Assembly: GCA_052426225.1 (NCBI GenBank)
Contig: JBNJNM010000013.1
Location: forward strand, 682,001-746,000
Direction of reading: 5' to 3'
Length of the DNA stretch: 64,000 bases
Origin: Zancudomyces culisetae HAW-14-8
Lineage: Eukaryota > Fungi > Kickxellomycota
Positions within the stretch are counted from its first letter, which is position 1. Each line of letters starts with the position of its first letter. Below are positions 12,078 through 24,173 of the stretch, in pieces. The translations under genes were made by a program, and so were the position numbers. The notes under the pieces were generated by a model, which saw only the letters and a program-made list of their open reading frames with translations, had not been told where the DNA came from and did no database searches.

Positions 12078-15000
12078 TCACATGAAATCACAATAACCCT
12101 CAATGAGGTTTCTAATGCGTGCATAGTCGCTTCTTCTAGCAACAAACTCGTACACCTCTTCGCCACGGAATACACTATCAAACGTTTTGCTTCGTGAGTA
12201 AAGGTCCTTTAAAAAGTCTCTCAAGTCCTTTGGTGCCAATATGAAGCAATTGGCCAGATCCAAAAGCGCCTTAAACTTTTCTGAAATCTCACCATTAACA
12301 ATTTCAGTGTTCACAAAATCGCTGTACAAATTCAAGTCTGCTATAAGTTGAAAACCACCAGGCTGAGAGATGCTAAACCTTTTTATATGCTCAGTTAGAA
12401 TTGAAAATAGCCTATGGCCAATCTCGGCCAAATAAACATTTCCAAGTGCCTTTTGTGAGAGTGTTAACATGGAAATAATATCTGCAGATTCGGTAAGCAT
12501 CTGCACAGCGCGTACGCATGCAATGGTCGGTTTTAATTGAAGAGAGATATTCATAGCCGGGCAATAATCTTCGGGTTTTTGCTGGGTATTCAAGACATTT
12601 TCAACTTGTCTCATAATGGTTTCGATGATACAATCAACACCAAGAACAACACTATCGTCCAGCACCCTTTCCAAAGCCCGCTTTTCTTGGTTGACTAGAC
12701 TTAAAAAATCCATCTCATCAACAACCAAGGTGATTACAAGCTTGTAGTAAACCTCAATTAAAGAGAGTATAAGATCAGACATATTCACCAGCTCGAAAAA
12801 TAATAATTCGTACATAGACACAAGCTCAGTGATTCTTTTACTAATAACTAAATCGATTCCTATTGATGTATCAAAGTCCTGTATCAACAGCTGGATTTTG
12901 CTGTTTTGAAATGACTTCGACTTTGTTCGAAACAAGTCTAGTGCGGTAGATTTCTCACCAGCGCCAAAATCCGATGAGGAACCGGATGTCTTGGGTATTA
13001 TTGCAGACAATGAACCGATCTGAGATTGCAGCTGCCTAAGCTCAGATATAATGTTGTCAAAGGCTGGTTTGATGTGCTTGTAACCAATTGAATTCAAAAG
13101 ACCACAAAACGTATTTTCGATGCTTTCTTTTGCCCATTTGTAAAAATCACTGTCCTGGTTTGCACTAGTAAATAACATGATTCGCATAATGGCATCGTGT
13201 GTAAATAAAATCATCGACAAGCACAGTGGCACATTTAGCTCGACTTTACCGAACCCCAAAAAATTGGCCGCGTCACTACTACCAGGAGTATTCTCCGAAA
13301 AGGACGAATGGTGGTCGTTCTGAGGTTGCTTTCCCCCATTTGATGAATTATTTTCACCCAACTTCACAGAGTTCTCTTCAGAAAATTTAAAAAGCAAGTC
13401 AATGAGCTCACTCTTGACACCAGATCTAATATCTTCATCAGTTACACCCAGTCTTTTTAAAAACGTAAAAGTGATAAAAGTCTTGTACTTTTCAATGTTT
13501 TTACTGTGTTCCGAAAACTTGAATGTCCTGATGAATTTTTTAAACCTCATCGTTCCTCTACTAACCCCATCCTTGGAAGAATCAGCACCGTCCACATTCG
13601 TTTTACTCTTAATATTTGGAGGCGTATCGGGCACGTTGGATTCACCACCACCAGCACCACCACTACCACCACTCTCTAAAATTGCAATCGCACTCCTAAA
13701 ACGCAAGCTAGGATCTTTTACAGTGTTCCACACTTTTGTTGTGAAAAAAATCATTTGGTCAGATGCCTTTGCTGCCGACTGCAATATCGCCTTCATCCCT
13801 GACGTGTGCCACTCCAATGCAGCCGACCATCCCCGCATCAAGTTGTTCCTCTCTACACTTAAATAATATAGCACTTGTTTTTCACTGATTGACGAAAATA
13901 CCGCCTTTTTTCCGATCTCTGAGGGTACTGCAAATACAAAGTGTTTAGCCTCAGATCCTAGACTTTTAATTATACCATCCTGTTTCTTTCTCAATTCACT
14001 CGAGCTTCTGTTATCGCACTCCAGCAAACATACCCCACTACACCACTTTTGTGATACTTCAAAGCCCAAAGCAACTATATCGGCAATTGTTTTAAGGAAC
14101 TCGCTACTTTCTGCACCTACAAAGTTTTGCTGGTCAAATATTCTTTCAAAAACCCTACCTACTAGTCTTTCTCTTTGGAAGAGCTCCAATACGAGCGAAC
14201 AAATTGTCTTTTGCACTAGTGACCCCATGCCTAGGTTTTTCTGCAGCTTGTATGCCTCCAGTACCAGTACACTTGTTAAATAGGCTAAAAACCCCTCATA
14301 AGACTCTGCATCGGTTATATTTTCGCTTATTCTAACTAGTTGGTGCTCAATACTCTCCTTTTTACTTTTTTGTGAATTAATACAACCAAGATCTACACAT
14401 TCAGGATCAATACTGAACTCGCCCATGTCATAATCTTCGTCATCGTATATCGCTTTTACCTCCTCAGCCGCCTCGTCCCATCCGCTTTCTAAGAGCTCGT
14501 TAGTATTCAGGTAATATCGCACAAATGATTCGCCTTGTCGTATTTTCGATAGAATTCTCGCGTATACCTGTGCTTGAGCACTCATATCCTTGTTATAATA
14601 ATATATCAGTTCTTCCAAGAGATCTTCTTCTATTCCATGTACTATACTGAGTAATTTTTTATTTATCTGTGTGGATTTTCTATGAAATAACCCTCTGCCA
14701 AACCACATGTATTGCTCTATTTCCTCTGCCAAATCTATTAGCAGCTTTTTGTTTGATTCCCTCATACCCAAAACTTGTGATATTTTCTTTTTCAAACCAT
14801 TGCCTCCTGGTTTGATAATTCCTACATACCCTCTAATATAATATCTATATAATGCCCTAAAGACATGGTATGCGCTTTCCTCCACTAATTCTGTAAGCTC
14901 GTTACAATTTTTAACTCCCCAAACTCGCTTCAACAAACTCCACATACATGATGGTGCATCCCAAACTATTTTTTCCTTCATTCCCTCGATTCTAAGTCTA

Positions 15001-16250
15001 ATACATCTCCATCCCATTCTCCCCAGCATCAATCGCCACAAAATTCCCCCGTACGGACCATCTCGCTGTAGAAACTGATGATACCACAACTTGCGTGCCC
15101 TAAACACCTCTACGCAATCTTCGACATCCAAGTACACCGAAATATTTGCCAATACTCTAGGTGGGAGTCTTCCCCACTGAACAATTTTACTCTTGTTGCG
15201 GCTGGAGCCCTTAAGCACTCCTAGTGGTTTATACCCCCGTGTTTTTTTAAAACTTCCACCATCCTTCCCGCTCTGTGAAAGTGATGGTACTTCTCGTGTT
15301 TCGGTCACCTTTTTATCTATTTTTTTTGTGTGTGCTACGCCTTCTTGATCATCTTGTGTATCTATCAGCTTTCCTACAGGCTCCTCTGCTTTTTTATTTT
15401 CTTCACCGTTCTCATAATCATCGTCAGATAGTCCTTCTAAAATATCCTCAAACTCTTCAAACTCTTGAAACTCCAAGTTTATTGATTTGTTACCCGTTAA
15501 AGTAACAGGTGATTCGTGCCACCACTCGCCATCAACCTCCTTTCCCATTAACCAGTCAAACCCCCTATCAAAGTTGTATTTTGAGACTCTTTCATCGTTC
15601 GTCCGTGCCTTTTCTAGCTCTCTTTTTCTCTCGCGGTTATGAAGGAACATCTCATACTTGCTTACTTTTTTCTTTTCTTTGTTCATATTAAATATATCAG
15701 CTACAAAATTCTGTCCCAATATCGTGCCTGATCCGCCATCATCAGTCATAGGCCGTTTAATTGTTAAATACTCTGTCGTTTTTTCAAATACCTCTCGTAT
15801 TTTTGGAAGGTTAAGTCGGGGTTTCTGGTGATCAAATGCATCGTGTTTTCCTGTCATCCCTCCATTTTCCCCGAATTTATATGTCTTTACCTTTCTTGAA
15901 TCCCGATTGTAATCGCTATCACGGCCATTCTTTTCATTTTTGTTTTCCGGCTTTTCGTCCTCACTTTCATTTTCTGTTCCGCTATCTGAATGCACAATCT
16001 GGCGCCCCTTGTTTTGTCCAAATCCAAATATATCTACAGTCTTTTCAAGAATATTCTGTCGATCTTCATAATTCTTTTTTGTCCGCTTAGTCTTGCCGTT
16101 ATTTTGCGTTTTCTTCGCGGATTCTATCTGGTCGGATTTGTTTGGCTGTGGCACTGGATTTGCGTTTTTTTCTTCTTCGTTTTTCAGCGCGTGGCTCCCA
16201 TTCATTCCAATACTCATAGTCTCTCCATGACTCGGTGTGTTTGAGCTCAT
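12078..16250 (-). CDS. RCY1: Recyclin-1-like F-box/Sec10-domain protein (endosomal recycling)
   Basis: 1390-aa intronless ORF. F-box-like LPPRVLANISVYLD after a long disordered N-terminus. Sec10-like C-terminus (QKPEDYCP, PTIAC, EIGHRLF, GGFQLIADLNLY, RRSDY). Confidence 0.75.
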   Translation of the reverse strand: MSSNTPSHGETMSIGMNGSHALKNEEEKNANPVPQPNKSDQIESAKKTQNNGKTKRTKKNYEDRQNILEKTVDIFGFGQNKGRQIVHSDSGTENESEDEKPENKNEKNGRDSDYNRDSRKVKTYKFGENGGMTGKHDAFDHQKPRLNLPKIREVFEKTTEYLTIKRPMTDDGGSGTILGQNFVADIFNMNKEKKKVSKYEMFLHNRERKRELEKARTNDERVSKYNFDRGFDWLMGKEVDGEWWHESPVTLTGNKSINLEFQEFEEFEDILEGLSDDDYENGEENKKAEEPVGKLIDTQDDQEGVAHTKKIDKKVTETREVPSLSQSGKDGGSFKKTRGYKPLGVLKGSSRNKSKIVQWGRLPPRVLANISVYLDVEDCVEVFRARKLWYHQFLQRDGPYGGILWRLMLGRMGWRCIRLRIEGMKEKIVWDAPSCMWSLLKRVWGVKNCNELTELVEESAYHVFRALYRYYIRGYVGIIKPGGNGLKKKISQVLGMRESNKKLLIDLAEEIEQYMWFGRGLFHRKSTQINKKLLSIVHGIEEDLLEELIYYYNKDMSAQAQVYARILSKIRQGESFVRYYLNTNELLESGWDEAAEEVKAIYDDEDYDMGEFSIDPECVDLGCINSQKSKKESIEHQLVRISENITDAESYEGFLAYLTSVLVLEAYKLQKNLGMGSLVQKTICSLVLELFQRERLVGRVFERIFDQQNFVGAESSEFLKTIADIVALGFEVSQKWCSGVCLLECDNRSSSELRKKQDGIIKSLGSEAKHFVFAVPSEIGKKAVFSSISEKQVLYYLSVERNNLMRGWSAALEWHTSGMKAILQSAAKASDQMIFFTTKVWNTVKDPSLRFRSAIAILESGGSGGAGGGESNVPDTPPNIKSKTNVDGADSSKDGVSRGTMRFKKFIRTFKFSEHSKNIEKYKTFITFTFLKRLGVTDEDIRSGVKSELIDLLFKFSEENSVKLGENNSSNGGKQPQNDHHSSFSENTPGSSDAANFLGFGKVELNVPLCLSMILFTHDAIMRIMLFTSANQDSDFYKWAKESIENTFCGLLNSIGYKHIKPAFDNIISELRQLQSQIGSLSAIIPKTSGSSSDFGAGEKSTALDLFRTKSKSFQNSKIQLLIQDFDTSIGIDLVISKRITELVSMYELLFFELVNMSDLILSLIEVYYKLVITLVVDEMDFLSLVNQEKRALERVLDDSVVLGVDCIIETIMRQVENVLNTQQKPEDYCPAMNISLQLKPTIACVRAVQMLTESADIISMLTLSQKALGNVYLAEIGHRLFSILTEHIKRFSISQPGGFQLIADLNLYSDFVNTEIVNGEISEKFKALLDLANCFILAPKDLRDFLKDLYSRSKTFDSVFRGEEVYEFVARRSDYARIRNLIEGYCDFM

Positions 16251-18976
16251 TTCTTTTACCCTGCTTCGTTTACTTTTAGTTTCATTTGACCCGTTTATAT
16301 TAAAAATGATGTGATGTGCGCTAGCGAATCCTCCAGCAAGTTCTTTTATTTTTCGCTGCTAGAATACAAAATATGGAGGTTATGATTGGTATCTTTTGTA
16401 TCACCAGCTTCTATCAGTTATATATTACAATATTTATTGATACACTAAAGATTCTTTTCGTTCGCGTCTCCGATATCGCTTCAGTTCACGCTACTTGCCT
16501 CCTAATTTCTAGTTGGCTCGTTCTGCTTGTGGATTCGACTCTAAGTTTAAACGATTATCCCACTTGCACTGCTATTTCACCCAAAACCTCAGTATTTCTT
16601 ATTGAATTCAAAAGACGTTTGCCGTTGCTTTCTTTGCTTCAGTAATATTGTCTTTTTTACCACTTGTTTTTCTTTTTCTTTTTTGTTTTTCCTTATTTTG
16701 CCTAATTGAAGGTATTTTTCCAAAATGAACCCAACTTTTTTTCTCTTGACAAAGAAAGTTTGCGGTGTTTAGCCAATGAAATCAATGGTTTTATCTGCAA
16801 TTGAAACTTTACTCCTTTGTTTGCCATTGACTTTTTTATTTTTCGATTCCATTCACTTGTAACCCTGAATTTTGGCTAAATTTGTAAAGAGGCAGGTGCA
16901 GTTGCTAATAAGTACACATTGCTTGGATACTATATCAATACTGAAAGGTAATACAAGTTTGCATCAATTGTAATACCTATAACGTAGCTTGAACCGATTA
17001 TGATCTATAAACTGTTTTCTTTTAACTCCAACTTCAGTACCATGAATTTTGAGTCATCTTTTTCAGGTTCAGAGCGGGTGGTACTCACCTTTGATGATTA
17101 AACCTTGTATTTTTCTGTTTTATCTTTTTTTTTAAAGTAGATCTGGACTATATAACCAATAAATGATATCGAGTATAAAATATTCTACTTTTAAAAAAAA
17201 AACTAGTACCCATACCAAAGAATACAAAAGGTACTTTATTATATGATGTTATAATACCTTATTACCAACAAAACAACACATATGTGACATCTTTTTTTCA
17301 AACTTCTTTTTGCGTTTTCCTTTTTGTTAGCAAAAATGTAATGAAGGAGGGAGTGAGCCTTCAAGGTCAACAAAAAGAGTGCTACGCTTAAACCAAGATT
17401 CAAGAAAAATACACAAATCCTTACATATATTTTCCACAATACTCGTTTGTTCTCTGGTACACGATATTACGGATAACACCCCATCTGTTGTGTTTATGGG
17501 TCCAAACAACAATCTTTTTTTTATTTCCCCCATTCAAAACTTGATTACTCCTGTCTACTTTGTGCTTTATTCTTTTTTTCTCAAGAGTGATGAACAATCA
17601 ACCCATCTTCGTCCCCTGTGAATCTGTAATGGGAAGTTTTACTTTTTGTGCAAATTAGTTGGAGGTAGTGTGATTTAATAACTTATGGCGCCATATTTTG
17701 CAGAAATTGGAATATTTGTGATGTCATCCAGAATGAAAGCAAAATTGGCCATCTTGACCATCAACCATTTACTTTGAATATCCCGTGATCTATTAGTGTA
17801 TTTGCCATTGTAGAATCTGTTATATTGTACGAGTAACGGGTTTTGGGGAGGTGAATAGAGAAAAACAAAAAAGGGATATGATGACTAATGAATTGAATAA
17901 TCGAAAATAATGTAGTGATGTCGTTTCTGCATAGCCAACAGATGGAGGGTATGAAAGGTTCACCAACCAAGATTCACACTTACATTGCCCAGAGTTAATT
18001 GAACTCAATTGTGAATGAGCGACTGATTACACATAGTGTAAAACGTGCTATTTACTAATGAATATCACAAGAAATACTCCGCTGTGGTTTATTATTATTT
18101 TTTTAGACAAGCAAGGTTGTACAGTCTCATAAAAGAACTAAAAAACACAATGCACAAACTCTGGTGTACACGTATAGTATATGATGCTTATTTTGCTTGA
18201 AAACGTAAAAAGCATCTGTGTATTCACTTTGATACCAACACTCAAACAATCCCGCCTTGTGATTGTATTTACAAAGATGCAAAAAATAACGGGGTAGATC
18301 GTGATGAAGGGGAAGGGGGGGGGTGAAGCAAGTGGAGCAAAAAGCAGAGAAACCAAACCAAAACGAACCCCAGGATCTTTCCAATTAAAACCATTCAAAA
18401 GAAAAGGTGATCAAAAAAAAACCAAATGTGAAAGCTTGTTGTTTAGTTTTGACAATATCTGCATATATCTGAACCCAAATCCCCCAAACCGAAGAAAGCA
18501 CATTCCATTGATTTTTTCTAATATTTTCTAATTCTTGACAATTTCTTTTGAGATTGCCAATTAGCCAATATTTTTCCCTGGTTTTTTCAATGGAACTAAT
18601 TCTTGATATGTAACGCATTGTCGAATTTGATATCGCAGATTGCACGAGCGAATAACAGCTGGTGTTATCGCTTAACTCTAAACGCACTATTTTTTTTACC
18701 ACTCAATTAGAATGAACCGATACTGAATAAAAAAATGGAGATTGCTGCTATCTTGCTTTTTTTACCAATGTTTTCTAACACTCAAGATTCAGCTTCATTT
18801 ACCAAAGCATCCGTATAAATATGGTTCTCAAATCCAGCCCCTGATAAAAGATTTGTACTTTGGAACCATAGTTTTATTGCTTTTAGCTTTCTTTGCTACA
18901 ATATATATTTAGAGCCAAGGAAAATAAAGTAAAGGTATATATTTTTGTAAATACTACCCCCTCATCGATCACAACA

Positions 18977-19600
18977 ATGGATGAATTTTATACAGGAGAA
19001 GCTTTCCAGGACGTTGAAGTCATACTGGAACAAGACCGTCTTCAAATAGATGATATCTTGGGTCGCCCAGCCAAAGAGCACAAGGACGATGACGAGTCAG
19101 CGAAATCGTACAAGATGATTCCGGAACAAAAGGAATTTTTGGATGATGGACCTGGAATTAAAAGAGTCATAGTAATAGCCGCAGGTGAAACTGAAGAAAC
19201 ACAAAAAGTTATTGACTGGAGTCTTGATAATGTCATCAAAAAGGAGTCCGATTTGATTATTTTGGCACACGTAAGAAAGCTACAAAACGCCACTGGGGTT
19301 GTAGGACTAACAGACTTTGTCGCTGCAGATGCTTCTGTAGACAAAGGTTATAGAAAGGATAGTCACAAGCTGCTTCGAACATTTGGGCAGAGAGTCAAGC
19401 AAAGAGGATATCATGTGAAAGCCATCTCCATTACTGGTGAACCAGGTCCTGAGTTGGTGAACAAGGTGGAAGAAATGAATGCAAACCACTTGATCCTTGG
19501 CACTCGTGATCTTTCATCATTTACAAAAATGTTTGTAGGAAGCATAAGTGATTATTGCGTCAAGAATGCGAAGTGCCCGGTTACAGTAGTTAGGGTATGA
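18977..19600 (+). CDS. Universal stress protein (USP) domain protein
   Basis: USP fold motifs RVIVIA, LIILAHV, GEPG..LV, LILGTR and FVGSISDYCVKNAKCPVTVVR. First ATG at 18977. Confidence 0.92.
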   Translation: MDEFYTGEAFQDVEVILEQDRLQIDDILGRPAKEHKDDDESAKSYKMIPEQKEFLDDGPGIKRVIVIAAGETEETQKVIDWSLDNVIKKESDLIILAHVRKLQNATGVVGLTDFVAADASVDKGYRKDSHKLLRTFGQRVKQRGYHVKAISITGEPGPELVNKVEEMNANHLILGTRDLSSFTKMFVGSISDYCVKNAKCPVTVVRV

Positions 19601-20300
19601 GGAAGCCGTGTTGATGCGCCTGTATCCATAGCATTATATTCTTTCTATCATCGATTTATAATTTAATATCGAGAAAAATAGTGCAATCAAGCCGAGGAAA
19701 ATGCGTATTGAAGTTTTAGGTAGTGCTATTGTGGTTACATGCTCAAGTTGGTAACTTTTATTTTAGTTTAGCGGATTGTCATCTTTTGTTGTAGCCTTTC
19801 AAGTGAGTTTGTTTAAATAAAGAGGGTGGGAGTAATGTTTACCTAGAAAAAAATACAACTAAATGCTCATTGTATGGAAGTTGGTAATGCTGAATTGGAT
19901 TATATGGTAGCAGGGAGGAGTGTGTTGGTAGATGGTGTTTTTGAGTCATCATTTATTCTTTTGGAGGAATAGGCGAGTGGAGATAAGATTAAGAATGTGA
20001 TTTTGTATTTTTGGGTTGAAGTAGCTGAGGTGGTGAATTGCAAAAGTGAATCTCTTATCCAAGCTGATTTAAGACTTTGGAAAATTGCCCATAGAACTAA
20101 TGAAGTGGCAAAAAAGAGATGAAAAAAAATTTTGGCGCAAATATATGGTTGGTGGGGGAAGGAGGAGGAGGAACAAAGATTCGCGTATATCGTAATTTAA
20201 AACACCAAAATTAGTGTGCAAAGCAATATAGAAAACAATACAAAAAAAAACTAAAGCAGGCCAAAACAAAGAAAAGATAAAGGTGAAGGTGCGAACAATA

Positions 20301-23300
20301 ATGTCAGATAATAACCCCAATAATAACAATATTAATCCCCAGAAAGCGCAAATAAATAGGATATCGAGGGTTAGGCTACTTTTTTCGGAAAATAGGCCCG
20401 AGATACCTGAAACAACAATCAAACTTAAATTTACAAATTTAAAAAACCGTGTGCCTGATATACAAGAAAACAATAATAATAAAACTGACCAGCACGCGGA
20501 AATAAATTCATTAAATCAGGCCAAGATGAGGGGAAGAAGACCAAAGCGGAGTAATGGAGAGCGGTTAGACGAGGGTTTTGGAGATGAGATGGGGGGAGAG
20601 GGACAGGAAGATGGGAGTAATATCCAGCACGCTAGAAAAATATTAAAATTACGAGTAAACCCCGACGCCGAGGAACACGAGGAAGACATGAAAACCACTA
20701 GCAACACGAACATAGGTAGGATAAAGCTGCGGATAGATAAAAGCAAACATCCAGAAGAAAAGAAAGTGAAAAATACAATTAAATTGAGGAAGGATTTGGT
20801 AGATGGACTGAGGTGGGCGAGAGATATGCAGCAAGATGGGGAGAGTACGACTACACAACAAGATGGAAAAAGTAGAGATGATAGTGAAAATGGGGATGAA
20901 ACAGTACCAGAATCCGATAATATTGACAACGTTATGAATGGTTTTGGAAAGATCGGGGAAGTAGAAGAAACACCAGGGGAACGGAGCGATTCGGAAAAGG
21001 AAACCAGAGAAGCCGAGGAGAAAAGCAGAGAAGAACAAAGGGAGGAGGAAATAGAAGCGGAAGAGGAGCAGGAAAAACAAGCGGAAGAGGAAGAGGGACG
21101 GGAAGAGGAGCAGGAAAAACAAGCACAAGAGGAAGAGGAACGGGAAAATGGGAAGGAAAAAGGCGATGACAGTGAGAAAGAACACAAAGAAGTAGGAGAG
21201 GAAAGTGTACTAGAGACTAGTAAAGAAATTATTGATACTGTAAAAAGAAATGTGGAGATTAATACGAGGTCAAACACACAAGATATAAGGTCAGAGGTAG
21301 TGCATCCTAGAGGAGCATATGGGGAAGGAGAAGGGGGTTTTCAGGGATACAGCGAGAACGGAAAAAGCAAAAAGGAAAAAGAAGCTCTGAGCAGTTTGTT
21401 TGAAAGTATATACTATGCAGACATTAAATCAGCGGCACAGTCAATTCGAATGGCACAACGAACTAAATTGGATTTAAACGGATATGGGCCGATAGTACTA
21501 GAACGTGAGAACAGAGCGGTACGAAAAAACGAAGAGGAGGTCGAGGAGGTGAATAAAGTTAGCAAGCCAAAAAATCCATATCTACCTATAGATACACGCG
21601 GGCATGTATGGACACCACTCCATGCAGCCGCATTCTTTGGACGGGCAAAGATTATAGGTTTGCTACTGGATACAGAAAGTGTGAATCCGGAACTACGGGA
21701 TAGCATGATGGGGGGAACAGCATTAATTTGGGCAGCATATGGAGGACATCCAAATGGGTTACGTCGGTTATTGTTTGAAGGAAATGCGGATGTAAAAGTG
21801 GTCAACAACTTGGGACAAGCACCTATTGATGTGGTGCCCAATCCAGAAAATTCTAAATGGAAGGAGCTGTTGAGTGCGGACTCAAGACCCACGCCGCGTA
21901 AAAGAGGTGGACCTAAAAACACGACTAGATCGAGTAGAATGGCAAACATGCAAGCAGAAGAGATGGCTCCAACCCAAACTCAAACTCAAACTCAAACCCA
22001 GATACAGATGCAGATACAGATGCAGACACAGTCATATACAGAGGTGCAGCCACAGGCTCAACAGGCAGAATTACAATCACAAGTAGTAACTACACAACTT
22101 CCTGACGAAGTTAGGTGGGGAGAGTTGAGCGATAAAGAAAGGGCGGCGGTGGTTAGTAAAGGGTTCCCAGATATACATGCAATAGTTGGATGTCTTGAGG
22201 CTGTACTTCAATACAAAAATGAAGAAGACGAAGAGATAGCAGAGGTCTTTGAAGATCTTCCAGATCAAGAAGAATATCCAGAGTACTATCAAATATTTAA
22301 GAAGCCAATATCACTGGGGGTAATAGCAAACAAAGTTGTACAGGGGCAATACACAGGGTTTGGGCAGTTTGATGCTGATATGCTAACAGTATTTAATAAT
22401 GCGTGTTTTTTCAACACTCATGGTTCAGAGATATATTCCAATTCAGTGACACTGATGGGCGTGTATTTTACAGCGAGAAAAACTCTTGTAGAAAAGTATG
22501 GTATCAAATTTGACTTGGCACTAGCAGAGGCCAAGCCGGCAAAAGGTAGATATGTAACCCGGATTATGAACGGAGAGCTGGATATTGGAGTAGGAGACTG
22601 CGTGGAGGCGGTTAGCGAAGATGGAACCAAACGGGTTGCGATAGTGCTACGGCTTTCTGTGTCGGGCCCGCGCGATCGAGTGCAGCACATGGATGGAATG
22701 TGGTTTCGGCATCCTAAGGATACGGCTATGAGCCAGCACAACCTTGCATACCCACATGAGTTGGTTTTGGACACAACTTTGTTTACTGGCCATCCTGTGA
22801 AATTCGTTCAAAAACGAGTGGCTGTGCTTCCATTATCTGCCTACATTCACTACTATCCAGCCGGCTTTGAAAAATCAGAACTTTATGTCTGCGAATATGC
22901 ATTAACTAGCAATAGCGTTTTGGCCCAACTGAGCTCGTGGCCAACCCCTTCACCAATGCCTCAACCTGCCGAGCATAGACTTAATCTTGTGCCTCAGCCC
23001 CCACTGAAACTTGTTCGGCTGCCATTAGAATTGTGGGCCATCACCACCAGTGCTGCTATAGCATCGAGAATCACTATGCTTGCTCCACAGAGTGTTGGTA
23101 TAGCCCCTAGTACCACTGGTGCCGCTTTCTCGCAGCGAAAACCACTGACCCAGGCTGTTCACAATGTAACTACAATGCAACCAGTCGCTGTTGGTAACTC
23201 TAGCAGACCCTCATCGCTTCCTACAACCCGCGCAGCAATGCTTATGAAACATCAGCAACAACAGGCTCAGCAGCAGGCACAACAACAAACAACTCCGCAG

Positions 23301-24173
23301 TTACACCAAACAGCTGGTTCCTACCTTCAACCACACCAACCTTCTGCACAACTCTACGCAAACACTGGCCAAAGTGTTGTGACTCACGTGTCTGCTTTTC
23401 CCCATGCCCGCCCACACCCTCATACCAATTTGGTCAAACCCGACTCTTTTCCGGGCCAGGTTCAGGGCCAGACGCATATTTCCGTCACCTCACAACAACA
23501 ACAGCAGCAACAGCAACAGCAACAAAAGCCTGTCAGCGTTCCGCCTGTTGTTATTGATCCTCATGCCCTTGCAGTACTATCCAAATTCATGACCCAAAAA
23601 TTAACTTTTGACAACTCCTTTTTATCATATCCTGGTATTTCTTGCATCCAAATATCGTCTCCTGACCTCATTAAATCATCTGCTACAAATTTTGATTTAT
23701 CATCGCAACAGTTTTGGAACATCGCCAAGTCCAAACTGACCTCTCATTCCATTCAGGTGCCCATCAACCTCTCCACGCTCTTTTTGAGGCCTATTTTTCC
23801 GCTGTTTTCTAACCCTTCAAATGGCTCGAACAGTGTGGATATAGACTCCTCCAACGCTAATACTAAGAGCAACTCGGCCAAGTTTTTATTCTGTACACTA
23901 AATTTATCACCTACAAAGCCAGTAGAAGTTCCCAGCCCTGCCAACTCATCCTTCTTACCTTCATCGTTTACCAAAGTTACAATGGACAATGGCGGTGACA
24001 GCAAAGATTCCGACTCAATCGAATGGTGTGATAACCTTGTATATGTGCTACCATTGCTGCCTGGCTTGAACTGTGTCAAGATCGAACTATCACCACCTGG
24101 ATCTTGGGCCTCTTTATTTTCTTCTTCTGACCTATCCAGCATGTCATATACCATCTTTATTACCCGTGTATAA
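20301..24173 (+). CDS. Ankyrin-repeat + bromodomain + BAH-domain chromatin protein (Rsc1/Rsc2/polybromo-related)
   Basis: Ankyrin motifs TPLHAAAFFG, TALIWAAYGG and NNLGQAPID. Bromodomain LPDQEEYPEYYQIFKKPISL...FNNACFFN..GSEIY. BAH domain VGDCV...GMWFRHPKDT...HELV...YVCEY. Glu-rich N-terminus and poly-Gln linker. Confidence 0.85.
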   Translation: MSDNNPNNNNINPQKAQINRISRVRLLFSENRPEIPETTIKLKFTNLKNRVPDIQENNNNKTDQHAEINSLNQAKMRGRRPKRSNGERLDEGFGDEMGGEGQEDGSNIQHARKILKLRVNPDAEEHEEDMKTTSNTNIGRIKLRIDKSKHPEEKKVKNTIKLRKDLVDGLRWARDMQQDGESTTTQQDGKSRDDSENGDETVPESDNIDNVMNGFGKIGEVEETPGERSDSEKETREAEEKSREEQREEEIEAEEEQEKQAEEEEGREEEQEKQAQEEEERENGKEKGDDSEKEHKEVGEESVLETSKEIIDTVKRNVEINTRSNTQDIRSEVVHPRGAYGEGEGGFQGYSENGKSKKEKEALSSLFESIYYADIKSAAQSIRMAQRTKLDLNGYGPIVLERENRAVRKNEEEVEEVNKVSKPKNPYLPIDTRGHVWTPLHAAAFFGRAKIIGLLLDTESVNPELRDSMMGGTALIWAAYGGHPNGLRRLLFEGNADVKVVNNLGQAPIDVVPNPENSKWKELLSADSRPTPRKRGGPKNTTRSSRMANMQAEEMAPTQTQTQTQTQIQMQIQMQTQSYTEVQPQAQQAELQSQVVTTQLPDEVRWGELSDKERAAVVSKGFPDIHAIVGCLEAVLQYKNEEDEEIAEVFEDLPDQEEYPEYYQIFKKPISLGVIANKVVQGQYTGFGQFDADMLTVFNNACFFNTHGSEIYSNSVTLMGVYFTARKTLVEKYGIKFDLALAEAKPAKGRYVTRIMNGELDIGVGDCVEAVSEDGTKRVAIVLRLSVSGPRDRVQHMDGMWFRHPKDTAMSQHNLAYPHELVLDTTLFTGHPVKFVQKRVAVLPLSAYIHYYPAGFEKSELYVCEYALTSNSVLAQLSSWPTPSPMPQPAEHRLNLVPQPPLKLVRLPLELWAITTSAAIASRITMLAPQSVGIAPSTTGAAFSQRKPLTQAVHNVTTMQPVAVGNSSRPSSLPTTRAAMLMKHQQQQAQQQAQQQTTPQLHQTAGSYLQPHQPSAQLYANTGQSVVTHVSAFPHARPHPHTNLVKPDSFPGQVQGQTHISVTSQQQQQQQQQQQKPVSVPPVVIDPHALAVLSKFMTQKLTFDNSFLSYPGISCIQISSPDLIKSSATNFDLSSQQFWNIAKSKLTSHSIQVPINLSTLFLRPIFPLFSNPSNGSNSVDIDSSNANTKSNSAKFLFCTLNLSPTKPVEVPSPANSSFLPSSFTKVTMDNGGDSKDSDSIEWCDNLVYVLPLLPGLNCVKIELSPPGSWASLFSSSDLSSMSYTIFITRV

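Noticed and set aside
16373-18702. Many 60-105 aa ORFs between RCY1 and the USP gene
   Set aside because: No motifs or consistent exon chain. They are compatible with chance ORFs in promoter/intergenic DNA.
20516-21277. Long antisense ORFs inside genes (also 13402-13866, 52251-53174, 57078-57626)
   Set aside because: Low-complexity shadows of the biased coding strand, with no recognisable motifs.
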